The notes: generated by a model from the sequence alone, not told the origin. A stretch of DNA of 64,000 bases from Planctomycetota bacterium (GCA_965222115.1 CBDCTJ010000001.1:544001-608000), one strand, 5' to 3'. Shown: positions 19,656-30,206, counted from the first letter of the stretch. Program-made: numbers and translations.

Positions 19656-20573
19656 CTACTTAGCGATTTGTTCCAGTCGTGCGCGCATGCGATCGACGGC
19701 GAGACAGGGCCCAACGGCATCTGCATAGCGCGCGACCGCGGCTTCGGCCGCCACGTACGGACCCGTGAAAAGCACTTCGATGGCTCGGATGCCAACCGAT
19801 AGCACATCGCGCATGGGCACCAAATCCTCAGGCGCCCAGCCAAGGGGCAACTCCGGATTCGGGTCCCCGCGGCCCCATCGAAGGTCGGCAAGTCCCACGT
19901 CTCGCAGCGCGGCAATGCGTCGCATCGTGCCGAGCACGTGTTTCGCTCGCGCAAGGTCGCCTCGCAGTAGCGCATCGGCGGCTACAACCGGAGCAATGCA
20001 AACGAACTGATGTAGCGGTAAGCGTCCGCGTCGAGGCAATTCTTCTGACAACATCACGGACCGATGCAAATGGTCAAATGCCATGTCGTTTCGATCTGGA
20101 ACCGCCGCATCGATTCTCTGGTTGAGATCGCTGTTCACCACGTAGTGGCTCAACAAGAGTTCGGCCGCTCGCCATTCCAAACGGGCACTATCTGGATGCC
20201 GCTTCAGTGCAGCACGTACTCGTGCCAATACATCGCGCCATAAGCGAAAGCGCCGCTCCGGCGATTGAATGTCTTCCAACATGACGCCCGCCTGCACATC
20301 CACAAGGTGTGTCGTGGCCGCGTCGCTGGCGGGATCGAGTTCCACGAGGGTGTTGTAGAGCGCCACGGCATCGTAGGGTCTTCCCTCGCGCCGCAAGCGC
20401 TCGGCGCGCAGGTAGAGCGCGTTCTCCACCAACACGCGGAATCCGCCCAAGGAACGACCAAATGCACTTAGCACCGTCGTTGATTCCTTCGATACGGGAC
20501 GTGCCCGATGGGTGAGCCATGTACCGAGGAGCAGGAGTCCAATACCAAGGAGTATCAAACGGGCGCGGCTCAT
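19656..20573 (-). CDS. Hypothetical membrane-anchored helical (TPR-like) protein in an ABC operon
   Basis: N-terminal TM, LGGFRVLVENALYLRA; ATG 20573 overlaps the upstream stop. Confidence 0.6.
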   Translation of the reverse strand: MSRARLILLGIGLLLLGTWLTHRARPVSKESTTVLSAFGRSLGGFRVLVENALYLRAERLRREGRPYDAVALYNTLVELDPASDAATTHLVDVQAGVMLEDIQSPERRFRLWRDVLARVRAALKRHPDSARLEWRAAELLLSHYVVNSDLNQRIDAAVPDRNDMAFDHLHRSVMLSEELPRRGRLPLHQFVCIAPVVAADALLRGDLARAKHVLGTMRRIAALRDVGLADLRWGRGDPNPELPLGWAPEDLVPMRDVLSVGIRAIEVLFTGPYVAAEAAVARYADAVGPCLAVDRMRARLEQIAK

Positions 20574-21679
20574 CCGCCTCGCCTCCACGGGGCCACGGCA
20601 ATCATGGCCGTAACAACAAAGTAGAGCAGAGCAGGTGAAAGTGCATTCCACGACACGCTCCCGACACCTCCTTCTACCGTTTCGCGCCAGGACTCGAGAA
20701 TCGGCACTCGCGGCACCAACTGACTCGCCCCATCAATCACGCGGGGCGCCCATCCCGCGATGCCCTCCAATTCCATATCGCCAATCAGTCCGAGCAACGG
20801 CCCTCGCAGGAGCGCGAAAAGCACCAGCACGCAGCCGAGCGTTACGGCGGTCGTGGCCGTGGACACGCGCGAACACCACAGGGCAATCGGTGCCATCGCC
20901 CCCATGCACACGAAAAAGACCAATGCAAGTCGCAAGAACGCGTGAAGCGTGGAAGGGCCCGCCGAGGATTGCTTCACAGACGCAATGCGCAAACGTGCCC
21001 CCGGTGTCTGCATGGTTATCGCAACGCGCTCGGTTTGGGGCGGCACATCGATCGTCATAACGCCCCGAGGAGCGATGGCACGCACTGCCGTCTTACGATC
21101 AACCGAAACGGCCACGTCAACGGACTTGACACCAATCACATAAAAGTAGGGACGCATATCGACCTCAAGACGCGTAGGCGCATCGTGTTTCGCCAATGCC
21201 GTCCACACAATCTCAGACGGTTCATTGTTCGTGGTCAGCGAGCCAAGAAACAGCGGATCACGTTCGAGTGGCAAGGGAACCACGGTGCGCCATGCCGTAG
21301 CACGTCCTGCCGCATGCCCGATGACGGTTGCCAACAAACCCACGGTCACGCAAGCGATAAGAATCAACACCAATGTCGCGATGAGTACCGCCAATCGGTG
21401 TTGCCAGGGCGAGAGGGCGTGCGCGCGAAGCCACGTCGCTCGACCGGCATCTCGATCGGAAGGCAAGAGCGTCCCAATCCGCACAGCAATGAACGACGAT
21501 GCGAGCAACAGGGCCCAGAGCACACCCCACACAAACACGGTATCGCCGTGGCCGATGCGTCGCGCAAGTAGCCCACTCACTCCGAGCGACACCGCGATCA
21601 ATCCGGCAAACACCCACGGGGCCCTACCGCGACAAACGCATCGGAGGTAGTGACTCACCATGGGGAGTACCTCACCCAT
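20570..21679 (-). CDS. ABC-2-type permease-like membrane protein
   Basis: Multiple TM helices with a central soluble insert; coupled to the upstream ABC ATPase. Confidence 0.65.
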   Translation of the reverse strand: MGEVLPMVSHYLRCVCRGRAPWVFAGLIAVSLGVSGLLARRIGHGDTVFVWGVLWALLLASSFIAVRIGTLLPSDRDAGRATWLRAHALSPWQHRLAVLIATLVLILIACVTVGLLATVIGHAAGRATAWRTVVPLPLERDPLFLGSLTTNNEPSEIVWTALAKHDAPTRLEVDMRPYFYVIGVKSVDVAVSVDRKTAVRAIAPRGVMTIDVPPQTERVAITMQTPGARLRIASVKQSSAGPSTLHAFLRLALVFFVCMGAMAPIALWCSRVSTATTAVTLGCVLVLFALLRGPLLGLIGDMELEGIAGWAPRVIDGASQLVPRVPILESWRETVEGGVGSVSWNALSPALLYFVVTAMIAVAPWRRGG

Positions 21680-22427
21680 CGTGACCCCGTTCAAAGAGTG
21701 GAAGCAGTGACGCGGAAGGCACGTCGCCCAAGAGTTCATCGGGCGACCCCGACAAAACGATCTTGCCGTGATCCAATACCAGGGCGCGGTCACAGGCTTC
21801 TTCTGCCGTTACCCGATCATGCGTGGAGAGAATCACGGCCGTTTCGTCTTCTACCGCCGTTCGAATCAGATGGACAAGGTCACGAACCCCCAACGGATCT
21901 AGCCCCGACGTGGGTTCATCCAAAATCATGATTCGGGGTCGATGAACCCATGCCGCCGCCATGGCAAGCCGGCGCGCCATGCCACGGGAATACGCGGAGA
22001 CGCGTTGTCGCCAAGCCCGCTGCTCAAGCCCCACGATTGCCAGCGCGTCTTCGACGCGACTGCGACGCTCCCGTCGTGGTCCCACCCCTTGGATGCGCGC
22101 GAAGAGATCCACAGTTTCGAACCCGTTTAGCGTTCCAAAGCGACGTGCTTCTTCCGGAACGTAGGCTGTCTTTGCACGCGCCGCTTTGCGGCCCGGCGCA
22201 CCCCCGAGAACCTCAAGGTCGCCCGACGTGGGCCGATGAATGCCTAGCAAGCAGCGCAGCGTCGTGCTTTTGCCGCTGCCGTTGGCTCCCAGCAATCCCA
22301 AACACTCCCCCGGTACCAATGAAAACGTAATGCCATCCACAGCGCGGACCTCGCGAGGCGCGCGGCCAAAGACCTTGACAAGTGATTTGGCAGACACGGC
22401 GGGCGTGGGCGAGGGGGTTGAATCCAC
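21672..22427 (-). CDS. ABC transporter ATP-binding protein
   Basis: GANGSGKST, YSRGMARRL, ILDEPTSGLDP, LSTH. Confidence 0.92.
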   Translation of the reverse strand: MDSTPSPTPAVSAKSLVKVFGRAPREVRAVDGITFSLVPGECLGLLGANGSGKSTTLRCLLGIHRPTSGDLEVLGGAPGRKAARAKTAYVPEEARRFGTLNGFETVDLFARIQGVGPRRERRSRVEDALAIVGLEQRAWRQRVSAYSRGMARRLAMAAAWVHRPRIMILDEPTSGLDPLGVRDLVHLIRTAVEDETAVILSTHDRVTAEEACDRALVLDHGKIVLSGSPDELLGDVPSASLLPLFERGHDG

Positions 22428-22489
22428 CGAGGGAGTGTAGCCCGTGGGGGCGCGCTGTGGCCGTCTGTGACCCGATGCGTAGTTGAGGT

Positions 22490-22906
22490 ATGAACTCGCC
22501 GTCCACGACCACTACGCCACCACGAGATCGGCGCGCCAATGCGACCCGCGCACTGCAACTGCTCCTGGCACTCCTGATCACCATTCAATTCTTGGGCGCG
22601 TGGCGCACGGCGATCGCCAAGCGCAACACAATCGATGCGCCCGCGCCGCAGCCCCTCGAAATCGTCCCGTCGCGCGACCCGATATGGCGCCTCACGCTAC
22701 TGCCCGGCATCGGATGGAAGCGCGCCAAGGCGATTCGGGCGTGGCGCGATGCAGGACGGCCCATTGCCAATTGGGAGAACTTTGCCGCGGCGAGCGGTGC
22801 CCCCGCTCGCGTCATAAGCAACCTGCAATCGTCGCCCGGAATCCGTGTGCTGTGGCCACCGGTTCCTCCGCCGAAGCGGCCGAAAGCGGGTACGCTGCCT
22901 CGATGA
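22490..22906 (+). CDS. ComEA-like helix-hairpin-helix protein
   Basis: N-terminal TM; HhH motif LTLLPGIGWKRAKAI. Confidence 0.65.
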   Translation: MNSPSTTTTPPRDRRANATRALQLLLALLITIQFLGAWRTAIAKRNTIDAPAPQPLEIVPSRDPIWRLTLLPGIGWKRAKAIRAWRDAGRPIANWENFAAASGAPARVISNLQSSPGIRVLWPPVPPPKRPKAGTLPR

Positions 22907-23817
22907 GCAACGACTTCACGGTTCTTGATCCCGCGCCGTACACCGACTTTCTAAGGCGCGCTCTCGACGAAGATCACGCCACGCGTGACGTAACTTCGCA
23001 CACATTGATACCGAATGACGGACGAAGGGTCCGCGCGGAACTGCTATGCAAAGAAGACGGTGTCTTGGCAGGTCTCACACTTGTCGAGCCGTGTTTCCAA
23101 ATCTTGGACAAAGACGCACACGTCGATCTCAAGGCCTACGACGGTGATCGAGTGGGCGCGAAGTCTACGGTTGCATGGGTGGAAGCCGAGGCCCGCGCTC
23201 TGCTTGCGGGGGAACGCACTGCGCTCAACATTGTTCGCCATCTGAGTGGCGTGGCCACGCTTACAGCAACGTTTTGCGAACACACCATGGCCACCGGCAC
23301 CAAGATTCACGACACCCGCAAGACCACGCCCGGCTGGCGCACGCTTGAGAAATATGCCGTGCGTTGCGGTGGCGGTCACAACCACCGCTTGAATTTGGAA
23401 GTGGGGGCGATGGTGAAAGAAAACCACCTCGTCGGGGCATACGGATCGACGGGACCTGACGCGATCGCACGCGCGGTGAAAGCGCTACGCGAGGAATTGG
23501 ACGACAACACGTCACTGTGTGTCGAAGTAGAAAACCAACGCGAACTGGAGGCGGTCTTGGAAGCCGCAAAACCGCTCAATAGCGCCTTGGTAATTATGCT
23601 CGACGACTTTGAACTCGGCGACATACGACGTGCGGTCAAAACGGTTCGCGCCTTGCCCGCACCTCGACCTCAACTAGAAGTCACCGGCGGCGTGAATCTC
23701 AAACACGTGGAGGCACTTGCCGCAACAGGCATCAATCGCATTTCCATTGGCGCACTCACACACAGCGCCCCGTCGCTCGACCTGTCGCTGAAGATTCGTA
23801 GCGTCAACGCGCGATAA
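22903..23817 (+). CDS. nadC: Nicotinate-nucleotide pyrophosphorylase (quinolinate phosphoribosyltransferase)
   Basis: ERTALN, DTRKTTPG, EKYAVRCGGG.NHR, VKENH, IMLDDF, ISIGALTHSAP. ATG 22903 overlaps the upstream TGA. Confidence 0.95.
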   Translation: MSNDFTVLDPAPYTDFLRRALDEDHATRDVTSHTLIPNDGRRVRAELLCKEDGVLAGLTLVEPCFQILDKDAHVDLKAYDGDRVGAKSTVAWVEAEARALLAGERTALNIVRHLSGVATLTATFCEHTMATGTKIHDTRKTTPGWRTLEKYAVRCGGGHNHRLNLEVGAMVKENHLVGAYGSTGPDAIARAVKALREELDDNTSLCVEVENQRELEAVLEAAKPLNSALVIMLDDFELGDIRRAVKTVRALPAPRPQLEVTGGVNLKHVEALAATGINRISIGALTHSAPSLDLSLKIRSVNAR

Positions 23818-23836
23818 GCACCAGACAACACACGCC

Positions 23837-25705
23837 CTACTTGCGAACGCGTTTCCTGCGCGAATCAATCTTCACGGTCTTTCCCATGGCCAGCAGCGCT
23901 GGGTACGCCCGTGCCAACCCTGGAACGTGAATCTCTACCCGCGGCGAAACATCGGTCCGAAAGCGAGCCCGGTAGCGGGCGACGGTAACGTCATTGACGC
24001 GGGCAACCCGTACCCGCTGGAAGTTTGTGCTCGGCCGTTCGTGTCCCGCGAACACCTCTTCGTCCACGTGGAAAGCGCGAACACTTGCGGGCGCCCGCGC
24101 GCTCGGTCCGTGAAGTTCCAGTTCCATTGTGACCCACCCGCGCGCGGGAACACGGACAGTGGCCATGCCACACGAATCCGGAATGAGGGAGCCGAACGCG
24201 GGCGGCGGCCACGTCGCATCCAGCGATAATCGAATGTGAGTCGTCTTCGCAGGTGCAAACGTGATTCGACCATCGTGACTTGTGATGAGTTTCCGCACAT
24301 GGTCTCGGTCTACGCCCGTTTCTCTCGGCAGATCGTCGCCCACCGGAATCAATGAAACAGGCAATGCCGATAGGGGTGCGCCGGCCGCATCGACAAAACG
24401 CAACGTGGTCTTCTTCCGGCGAAACCTGCAGCGCGACATTGCGGTGCCCGGTCGTTGCTCACTGGTAAGTGCGTGGAGAAATGCCACCAAATCTTGGATG
24501 TCCTGTTCACTCGCTTTGAAGCCGGTAACTCGTGGATCCTGCTTGGGGTCGGTGCTGCCACCGGAGGCGTAGTACCTCACTACATCATGCAGCGTTGGAA
24601 ACATGCCGTTGTGCATATACGGCCCTCGACGCGCCACGTCGCGCAAGGTGGGCGTCTTGAAGCTGCGGACGTCACTCCCCTTACCACTTACACGTCGGCG
24701 ACCCGGGTCGTGAAACCCCGGTCGGGCCGAGCGTGTGGGCGCAGAAGCTTCTGCCGCGACTCGATGGCGCCTTTGATCCAATTTGTTCATCCGGCGAACG
24801 GGACTCTCCTTTGTGGCCTTCAGTGATGCGTCGAGCCAGGCAATGCCGGTGTTATGAAAGCCGTAATCAGTAAACAGCGCGTGCGTAGCCGACTTGGCAT
24901 CACCCTTGCGATCCGTGTGGCACTTCACGCAACCCGCGCGGCCACGAAACAGTGCATAGCCCCGCTCGGCGGCTGGAGACCATAACGAATTTCGATCGTC
25001 ACTTCTGTGATCAAAGGGGGCAGGGCCGCTCTTGACGGAGCGGCAATAGGCGCCGAGCGCCTTCGCCATGCGCGGACGCGTGATGCCCATCCCCGAAAAT
25101 ACAGCCTGAAAGGCTTCGTTGTAGCGCGCTCCGTCTCGAAGCACGTCCTGCGCGCGTGGAAGCTGTTGTAGGCGTTCCTTCAGTTTCGAAGCGGCCACCG
25201 ATCGGGAAGCCGCGGAGCGGCCATTCTCTGCAGGCAAACCCATGGCGTCATGCAGCGCAGATAGCGGTCGCACTTTGGGCGTGGAACTCCCGTAGCCCGT
25301 CGTGGGAATCCACGGAAGCCCGATTCGGAAACGGACGAGATCTTCAATGCTATTGAACTCGCCGTCCCAGTGCATGTTGGGCGAGTGCATTACATTGATA
25401 AGCGTCTGGGGATGTCGAACAGTGACCCCTACATCGTCTTCGCTCACCCGCGACGTATCGGAGAAGCCGTGATTAGGATCATGACACGACGCGCAGGCGC
25501 GATGGCCGGTACGACTCACGACCGGATCCACAAACAATCGGCGCCCCAGCTCCACGAGATCGGCGAGGGCACGTCCTTGTTTTCCGGAGGCGCCGGTGCG
25601 CTTTGATGCTTCCCCTGGGGCGGGCACCAACACAAGAAGGATCAAAAGCGTGAGCGCGACTGCGGTGAGCGGATGCCTGTTCGTGTTTAGGCCGTGCAGC
25701 AACAT
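23837..25705 (-). CDS. Di-heme cytochrome c peroxidase/MauG-family protein with C-terminal extension (paralog 2)
   Basis: LGRRLFVDP, CASCH, WDGEF, CVKCH, FKTPTLRDVA, PYMHNG. A signal peptide follows ATG 25705. Confidence 0.88.
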   Translation of the reverse strand: MLLHGLNTNRHPLTAVALTLLILLVLVPAPGEASKRTGASGKQGRALADLVELGRRLFVDPVVSRTGHRACASCHDPNHGFSDTSRVSEDDVGVTVRHPQTLINVMHSPNMHWDGEFNSIEDLVRFRIGLPWIPTTGYGSSTPKVRPLSALHDAMGLPAENGRSAASRSVAASKLKERLQQLPRAQDVLRDGARYNEAFQAVFSGMGITRPRMAKALGAYCRSVKSGPAPFDHRSDDRNSLWSPAAERGYALFRGRAGCVKCHTDRKGDAKSATHALFTDYGFHNTGIAWLDASLKATKESPVRRMNKLDQRRHRVAAEASAPTRSARPGFHDPGRRRVSGKGSDVRSFKTPTLRDVARRGPYMHNGMFPTLHDVVRYYASGGSTDPKQDPRVTGFKASEQDIQDLVAFLHALTSEQRPGTAMSRCRFRRKKTTLRFVDAAGAPLSALPVSLIPVGDDLPRETGVDRDHVRKLITSHDGRITFAPAKTTHIRLSLDATWPPPAFGSLIPDSCGMATVRVPARGWVTMELELHGPSARAPASVRAFHVDEEVFAGHERPSTNFQRVRVARVNDVTVARYRARFRTDVSPRVEIHVPGLARAYPALLAMGKTVKIDSRRKRVRK

Positions 25706-25739
25706 TGAAAGCTCTCTACGTGGAAACCGGAAGCCGTCC

Positions 25740-27635
25740 CTAGCGCGTGGATTGAACGATGGACACGCGAGCTTTGGGCAGTGCCGTGTCGCGTGAATCG
25801 ACAGAGACGGGCGCCTTGTTACTGAGCTCGACAGGAATGACCTTCTTGCTTCCCGGTACTTGAATTTCCACGTCGGGCGAAACGTCGGTGCGGAACCGAG
25901 CACGATACCGTGCAACCGTGATGTCCCCCACCTTCGCCACACGCGCGAGTTCAAACGTCGTGCAGGGTTCTTCATGCCCCGGAAGGAGATCGACGTCGGT
26001 GTGCAGAGCACGCAAACGTTTTGGCGCCTCATAGACGTCGTCGTGAATCTCTAGATCGAGTCTCACCCAACCATCCACGGGGATCGTAACGGTAGTCGAA
26101 CGACACGAATCCGGTACAAGTGGCCCTGCAATGGGAGGTGGAAATACAGGGTCGAGTACCACGCGTAGATGGGTAGTAGCAGCCGGCGTCACGGAGATTC
26201 GACCCTGTGCGTTGGTGGTCCGCATGCGTTTTTGAGTGCGATCGGGGCCCGCTTCAACCGGCAAATCATCGCCAACGGCGAGCAGCGATACATTGAGGCC
26301 GTCGAGTGCCGTGCCCTTTGTATCCACAAAGCGCAGGGTGACTTCCTTGCGGCGGTGTCGATAGGGCTTCGTGGCAAGACCCGGGCGCGTATCACTGGTC
26401 AACGATTCTAGGAAGGCAACCAAGTCGGAAATGTCCTGCTCGGAGGCCACGAAGCGTTTGATCCTGCGATCCTGCTCGGGATCGGCGCTCCCGCCACGGG
26501 CGTAGTATTTTACTACATCGCGCAGTGTGGGGAACATGCCGTTGTGCATGTACGGAGCACGCACGGCCACGTCACGCAACGATGGGGTCTTGAATGAACG
26601 CATATCGTTGCGACGCGTACTGATGCGCTTACGGCCTGGATCATGGAAGCCGGGTCGCGCAGAGTCGGTGGGTGCCACGCTCTTGGCCGCCAGCCGATGT
26701 CGCTCTTTGACCTTTTCACTGCGTCGCCGAATGGGACTTTTGTCGGTGTCCTTCCATGTGGCATCGAGCCACGCAACACCGGTGTTGCGAAAACCGAAGT
26801 CCGTAAAGATGGGTCGCTTCATCGTTGGGTCCGTGCGCTCCAGCGTGTGGCACTGAACACAACCTGCACGCCCTTTGAAGAGCGCGAACCCCCTGGCGGC
26901 GGATGCTGTCCAGCCGGAGTTACGTGCGCTGCCGTCGCGTGTCTTGTCGCGGAGGTCGAACGGTGCCGAACCGCTTTCAATGGATCGACAGTAGGCGCCC
27001 AACGCCTGTGAAATGCGGGCGCGTGTGACGCGCGTGTCACCAAAGGCTGCCCGTACGGCTTCGCTGTAGCGGCCTGCTTTCTCCAAGACGTCCTGCGCCC
27101 TAGGAAGTCGCGCCAACTTCAAGGTGAGTCTTGACAGCGCGGTGGCCTTCTGGGCATCGGTCATGCCCTCGTGTTCGGGAAGTCCGAGTGCGGAATGCCC
27201 AGCAGTAAGCGGTGCTTGCGTACTGCCATAGCGACCAACCCCTCCCCCAGGAAAACCAATGCGCGACACAACAAGTAGTTCAATGCTCTCAAACTCACCG
27301 TCCCAGTGCACCGAGGGACTGTGTCGGACATTGATGAGCGTTTGCGAGTGGCGAACGGTCTCTCCGACGTCATCTTCACTAAATTGCGATGCGTCAGAAA
27401 AGCCGTGTAGTGGATCGTGACACGACGCGCAACTGCGTTCCCCCGTGCGACTCACGACGGGCTCAAAGAACAGGCGCCGACCCAGCTCGACCAACGCCAC
27501 CTTCGCCGCACCCCGTTTGCGCGCCTCACCTGGCCTCTTGGCAGCCTCCGACGAGTTGGGAACGAATACTAGCAAGCAGCTAACAAATCCGATCGTCACA
27601 AATGGTAGGACCCTCGACGTGCAGAATGGACCCAT
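25740..27635 (-). CDS. Di-heme cytochrome c peroxidase/MauG-family protein with C-terminal extension (paralog 1)
   Basis: LGRRLFFEP, CASCH, CVQCH, FKTPSLRDVA, PYMHNG. Colinear with the downstream paralog over its full length. Confidence 0.88.
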   Translation of the reverse strand: MGPFCTSRVLPFVTIGFVSCLLVFVPNSSEAAKRPGEARKRGAAKVALVELGRRLFFEPVVSRTGERSCASCHDPLHGFSDASQFSEDDVGETVRHSQTLINVRHSPSVHWDGEFESIELLVVSRIGFPGGGVGRYGSTQAPLTAGHSALGLPEHEGMTDAQKATALSRLTLKLARLPRAQDVLEKAGRYSEAVRAAFGDTRVTRARISQALGAYCRSIESGSAPFDLRDKTRDGSARNSGWTASAARGFALFKGRAGCVQCHTLERTDPTMKRPIFTDFGFRNTGVAWLDATWKDTDKSPIRRRSEKVKERHRLAAKSVAPTDSARPGFHDPGRKRISTRRNDMRSFKTPSLRDVAVRAPYMHNGMFPTLRDVVKYYARGGSADPEQDRRIKRFVASEQDISDLVAFLESLTSDTRPGLATKPYRHRRKEVTLRFVDTKGTALDGLNVSLLAVGDDLPVEAGPDRTQKRMRTTNAQGRISVTPAATTHLRVVLDPVFPPPIAGPLVPDSCRSTTVTIPVDGWVRLDLEIHDDVYEAPKRLRALHTDVDLLPGHEEPCTTFELARVAKVGDITVARYRARFRTDVSPDVEIQVPGSKKVIPVELSNKAPVSVDSRDTALPKARVSIVQSTR

Positions 27636-27756
27636 GACAATGCTCCAACGCTGTTCACTCGATTCGGGGTCGAATGAGGCTGCCTGTATCTAGGAACGTA
27701 TCGGAGACGCGCTTGCACGGCAATGGGTAGGGCCGATTGGCGAGCTTTGAGGACGC

Positions 27757-28611
27757 TCAAGAACCCCAGGCGCCAGCGAAAATGACCTCCGTCGGTCCCG
27801 TGAGGAAGACCTCGTGCCCCTCGCCCTTCCACGAAACATGCAGCGTTCCGCCCGGCAAGTCAATGGTCACATCGTGATCAGTCCGATCGGTGAGTACGCC
27901 CGCCACGGCCACAGCGCATGCGCCCGTGCCGCACGCATGCGTTTCTCCGGCACCCCGCTCCCACGTGCGCTGCATGATGTGTTTTGGGGAGAGTACTTCA
28001 GCAACCTCGACGTTCGTTCGGTTGGGGAACCACGCATGATGCTCAATGCGCGGCCCCACGTCGGCGAGGGGAAACTCCGTCACATTCTTCACAAACGCCA
28101 CCGTATGGGGATTTCCCATCGATACGGCCGTAATGCGCAATGCGCGGTCCTCAAGGCGGAGCTCCACGTCGACGGCCGATGATGCCCCCCCTTCCATAGG
28201 GATGTCTTTGCGCGTCAGTACAGGAACGCCCATGGACACGGTGACTTGGGTCTCGTCAAGGCGTGTTGCCGTATGCAGGCCGGCCCCCGTTTCAATGCGC
28301 AAGGGGCCATCATAGAATTCACTGACTAAATCGAATTCCCAAGCGAATCGAGCCGCACAACGCAATCCGTTGCCGCACATCTCTGCCTCGGATCCATCAG
28401 GATTGAACATACGCATGCGTAGATCCGCGCGCGTGGACTGGCTCAACATCAACAATCCGTCGGCGCCAATGCCGGTTCGTCGCGCACACATGTCCACAGC
28501 CAACTGGGCTAGATCGCGGTCACCAATATCTTCGTCCGCAATGACGACGTAGTCGTTCTGGCAACCGTGCATCTTGACAAATGCGAGCAGATCCGGAGGG
28601 GCTTCGTCCAT
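27757..28611 (-). CDS. dapF: Diaminopimelate epimerase
   Basis: FVKMHGCQNDY, GIGADG, NPDGSEAEMCGNGLRC, SMGNPH, WERGAGETHACGTGA. Confidence 0.97.
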   Translation of the reverse strand: MDEAPPDLLAFVKMHGCQNDYVVIADEDIGDRDLAQLAVDMCARRTGIGADGLLMLSQSTRADLRMRMFNPDGSEAEMCGNGLRCAARFAWEFDLVSEFYDGPLRIETGAGLHTATRLDETQVTVSMGVPVLTRKDIPMEGGASSAVDVELRLEDRALRITAVSMGNPHTVAFVKNVTEFPLADVGPRIEHHAWFPNRTNVEVAEVLSPKHIMQRTWERGAGETHACGTGACAVAVAGVLTDRTDHDVTIDLPGGTLHVSWKGEGHEVFLTGPTEVIFAGAWGS

Positions 28612-28783
28612 TGCGTTTCCTCGTGCAATGCCCGAGCGTAAGGGCGAACAACGGGTACTGGCGCCCGCATTCCGCGGGTTCTTGGACGGACCTCAAGTGC
28701 CGCGGGAAGCCCGTCCGATAGGGACTCCGAGTTCGGCGATCGTGGAGGTCCTACGTCCACTCCGCAGCAAGGTGTCATACTGG

Positions 28784-29083
28784 ATGATTGATTCACATCT
28801 CCCGCCCCCCAATCCGCATGTCGGCGTTCGCGTCGGCGAGCACACCTACGCCGCCAAATTGGTCCTGTTGCGCGGGAACCGAGCCTCACTCGCGATGGTG
28901 TCCACACCCTCGGTTCACGAATACGTCGATGTACGCCTGAGTTGGCAGGACGGATCGTCTACCACACTCGGCGCGCGCGTGCGCACGGTGGACACCGAAT
29001 GCAACATTGCGCACCTCGACGTAATTAATGTCGATCGGAATTGGGCGCCGTTCATGGCCTACCTCGGATCCCGCGTCGGGTAG
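28784..29083 (+). CDS. Small hypothetical protein, possibly PilZ-like beta barrel
   Basis: Within ORF 28574..29083; beta-strand pattern VDVRLSW...LGARVRTV. No RxxxR motif; start uncertain. Confidence 0.4.
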   Translation: MIDSHLPPPNPHVGVRVGEHTYAAKLVLLRGNRASLAMVSTPSVHEYVDVRLSWQDGSSTTLGARVRTVDTECNIAHLDVINVDRNWAPFMAYLGSRVG

Positions 29084-29367
29084 GTGGGGACGGGGGTCGG
29101 GTCCGAATAACGTGCTGATCGTTGGATGCTCGGCCCTGAACGCCCGTCTCGTTCTCGCGTAGCTCGGCTACGCGGCGGCCTCGACGAACGCACAATCCCG
29201 TCGCCCCAACGATCCGACCGCGATCGAAAGCTCTAGGTGAAGACACATATTGCGCCTCAGGTAGATGGGAACGGGGTTTGGGGTCGAAGAACGTACTGAC
29301 CGCCCAATTGCTCGGTCCTGCACGCCCGTCTCGTTCTTGCGTAGCTCGGCTACGCGACGGCCTCGAC
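29080..29367. repeat. Two imperfect direct repeats of about 106 bp (period about 181) with an internal palindrome, REP-like
   Basis: The 59-nt cores 29127..29185 and 29309..29367 differ at 4 positions and contain GCGTAGC-TCG-GCTACGC. The upstream 47 nt are also similar. Confidence 0.8.
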
Positions 29368-29462
29368 TGATGATGAGCACAAAAGGGAAACGCACGGGCG
29401 CATGGCCCGGAGCGGCTTCGGGTAGCATTCCGGCCCATTCGAAAGCAACCCGGGAGGGCGCT

Positions 29463-30197
29463 ATGGCGCGCAAAGATGGTCGATCCGCAACCGACGTTCG
29501 GCCGATCGAGATTATTCGCCGCTTTACGACCAACCCACCGGGTTCGGTGCTGTATCGGTGTGGCAATACACATGTGTTCGTCACGGCGATGATCGACGAA
29601 CGCGTCCCCGGTTGGATGGCGGGCCGCGGTAAAGGTTGGGTCACCGCGGAGTACGGCATGCTGCCGGGGTCCACCGGAGACCGAAAGCAGCGTGCACGAA
29701 CGCCACAACGACTCGATGGTCGCACGCAAGAGATACAGCGCCTCGTGGGCCGTGCCCTTCGCTCCGTAACCAACATGAAGGCGCTGGGCGAACGCACGGT
29801 GTGGCTCGACTGCGACGTGATTCAAGCCGATGGCGGCACACGCACCGCATGCATCAATGCGGCCTACATTGCGCTGTGCGATGCCCTGCGAACCTACAAG
29901 TTCAAACGTCCGCTCTCATCCTGGCCGCTCACCGACGTGGTGGGTGCCATCTCGGTTGGCATTGTGGGCGGGGAAGTCCTCACCGACTTGGCCTACAACG
30001 AAGATCACCGCGCCGATGTAGACATGAATGTGGTTGCGACAGCCTCAGGGAAGTTCTTGGAAGTTCAGGGAACTGCTGAGGCCGCCCCCTTTGATCGCGA
30101 CCAACTAGGCAAGATGCTCGATCACGCAAAGACTGGCATCGATCAAGTGTTGACCGCCACGCAAAACGCGCTCAAGACGGCGCCGAGCGATCTGTAA
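29463..30197 (+). CDS. rph: Ribonuclease PH
   Basis: GWVTAEYGMLP, GRTQEIQRLVGRALR, DCDVIQADGGTRTA, DMNVV, EVQGTAE. Confidence 0.97.
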   Translation: MARKDGRSATDVRPIEIIRRFTTNPPGSVLYRCGNTHVFVTAMIDERVPGWMAGRGKGWVTAEYGMLPGSTGDRKQRARTPQRLDGRTQEIQRLVGRALRSVTNMKALGERTVWLDCDVIQADGGTRTACINAAYIALCDALRTYKFKRPLSSWPLTDVVGAISVGIVGGEVLTDLAYNEDHRADVDMNVVATASGKFLEVQGTAEAAPFDRDQLGKMLDHAKTGIDQVLTATQNALKTAPSDL

Positions 30198-30206
30198 CCG
30201 GCGCCC

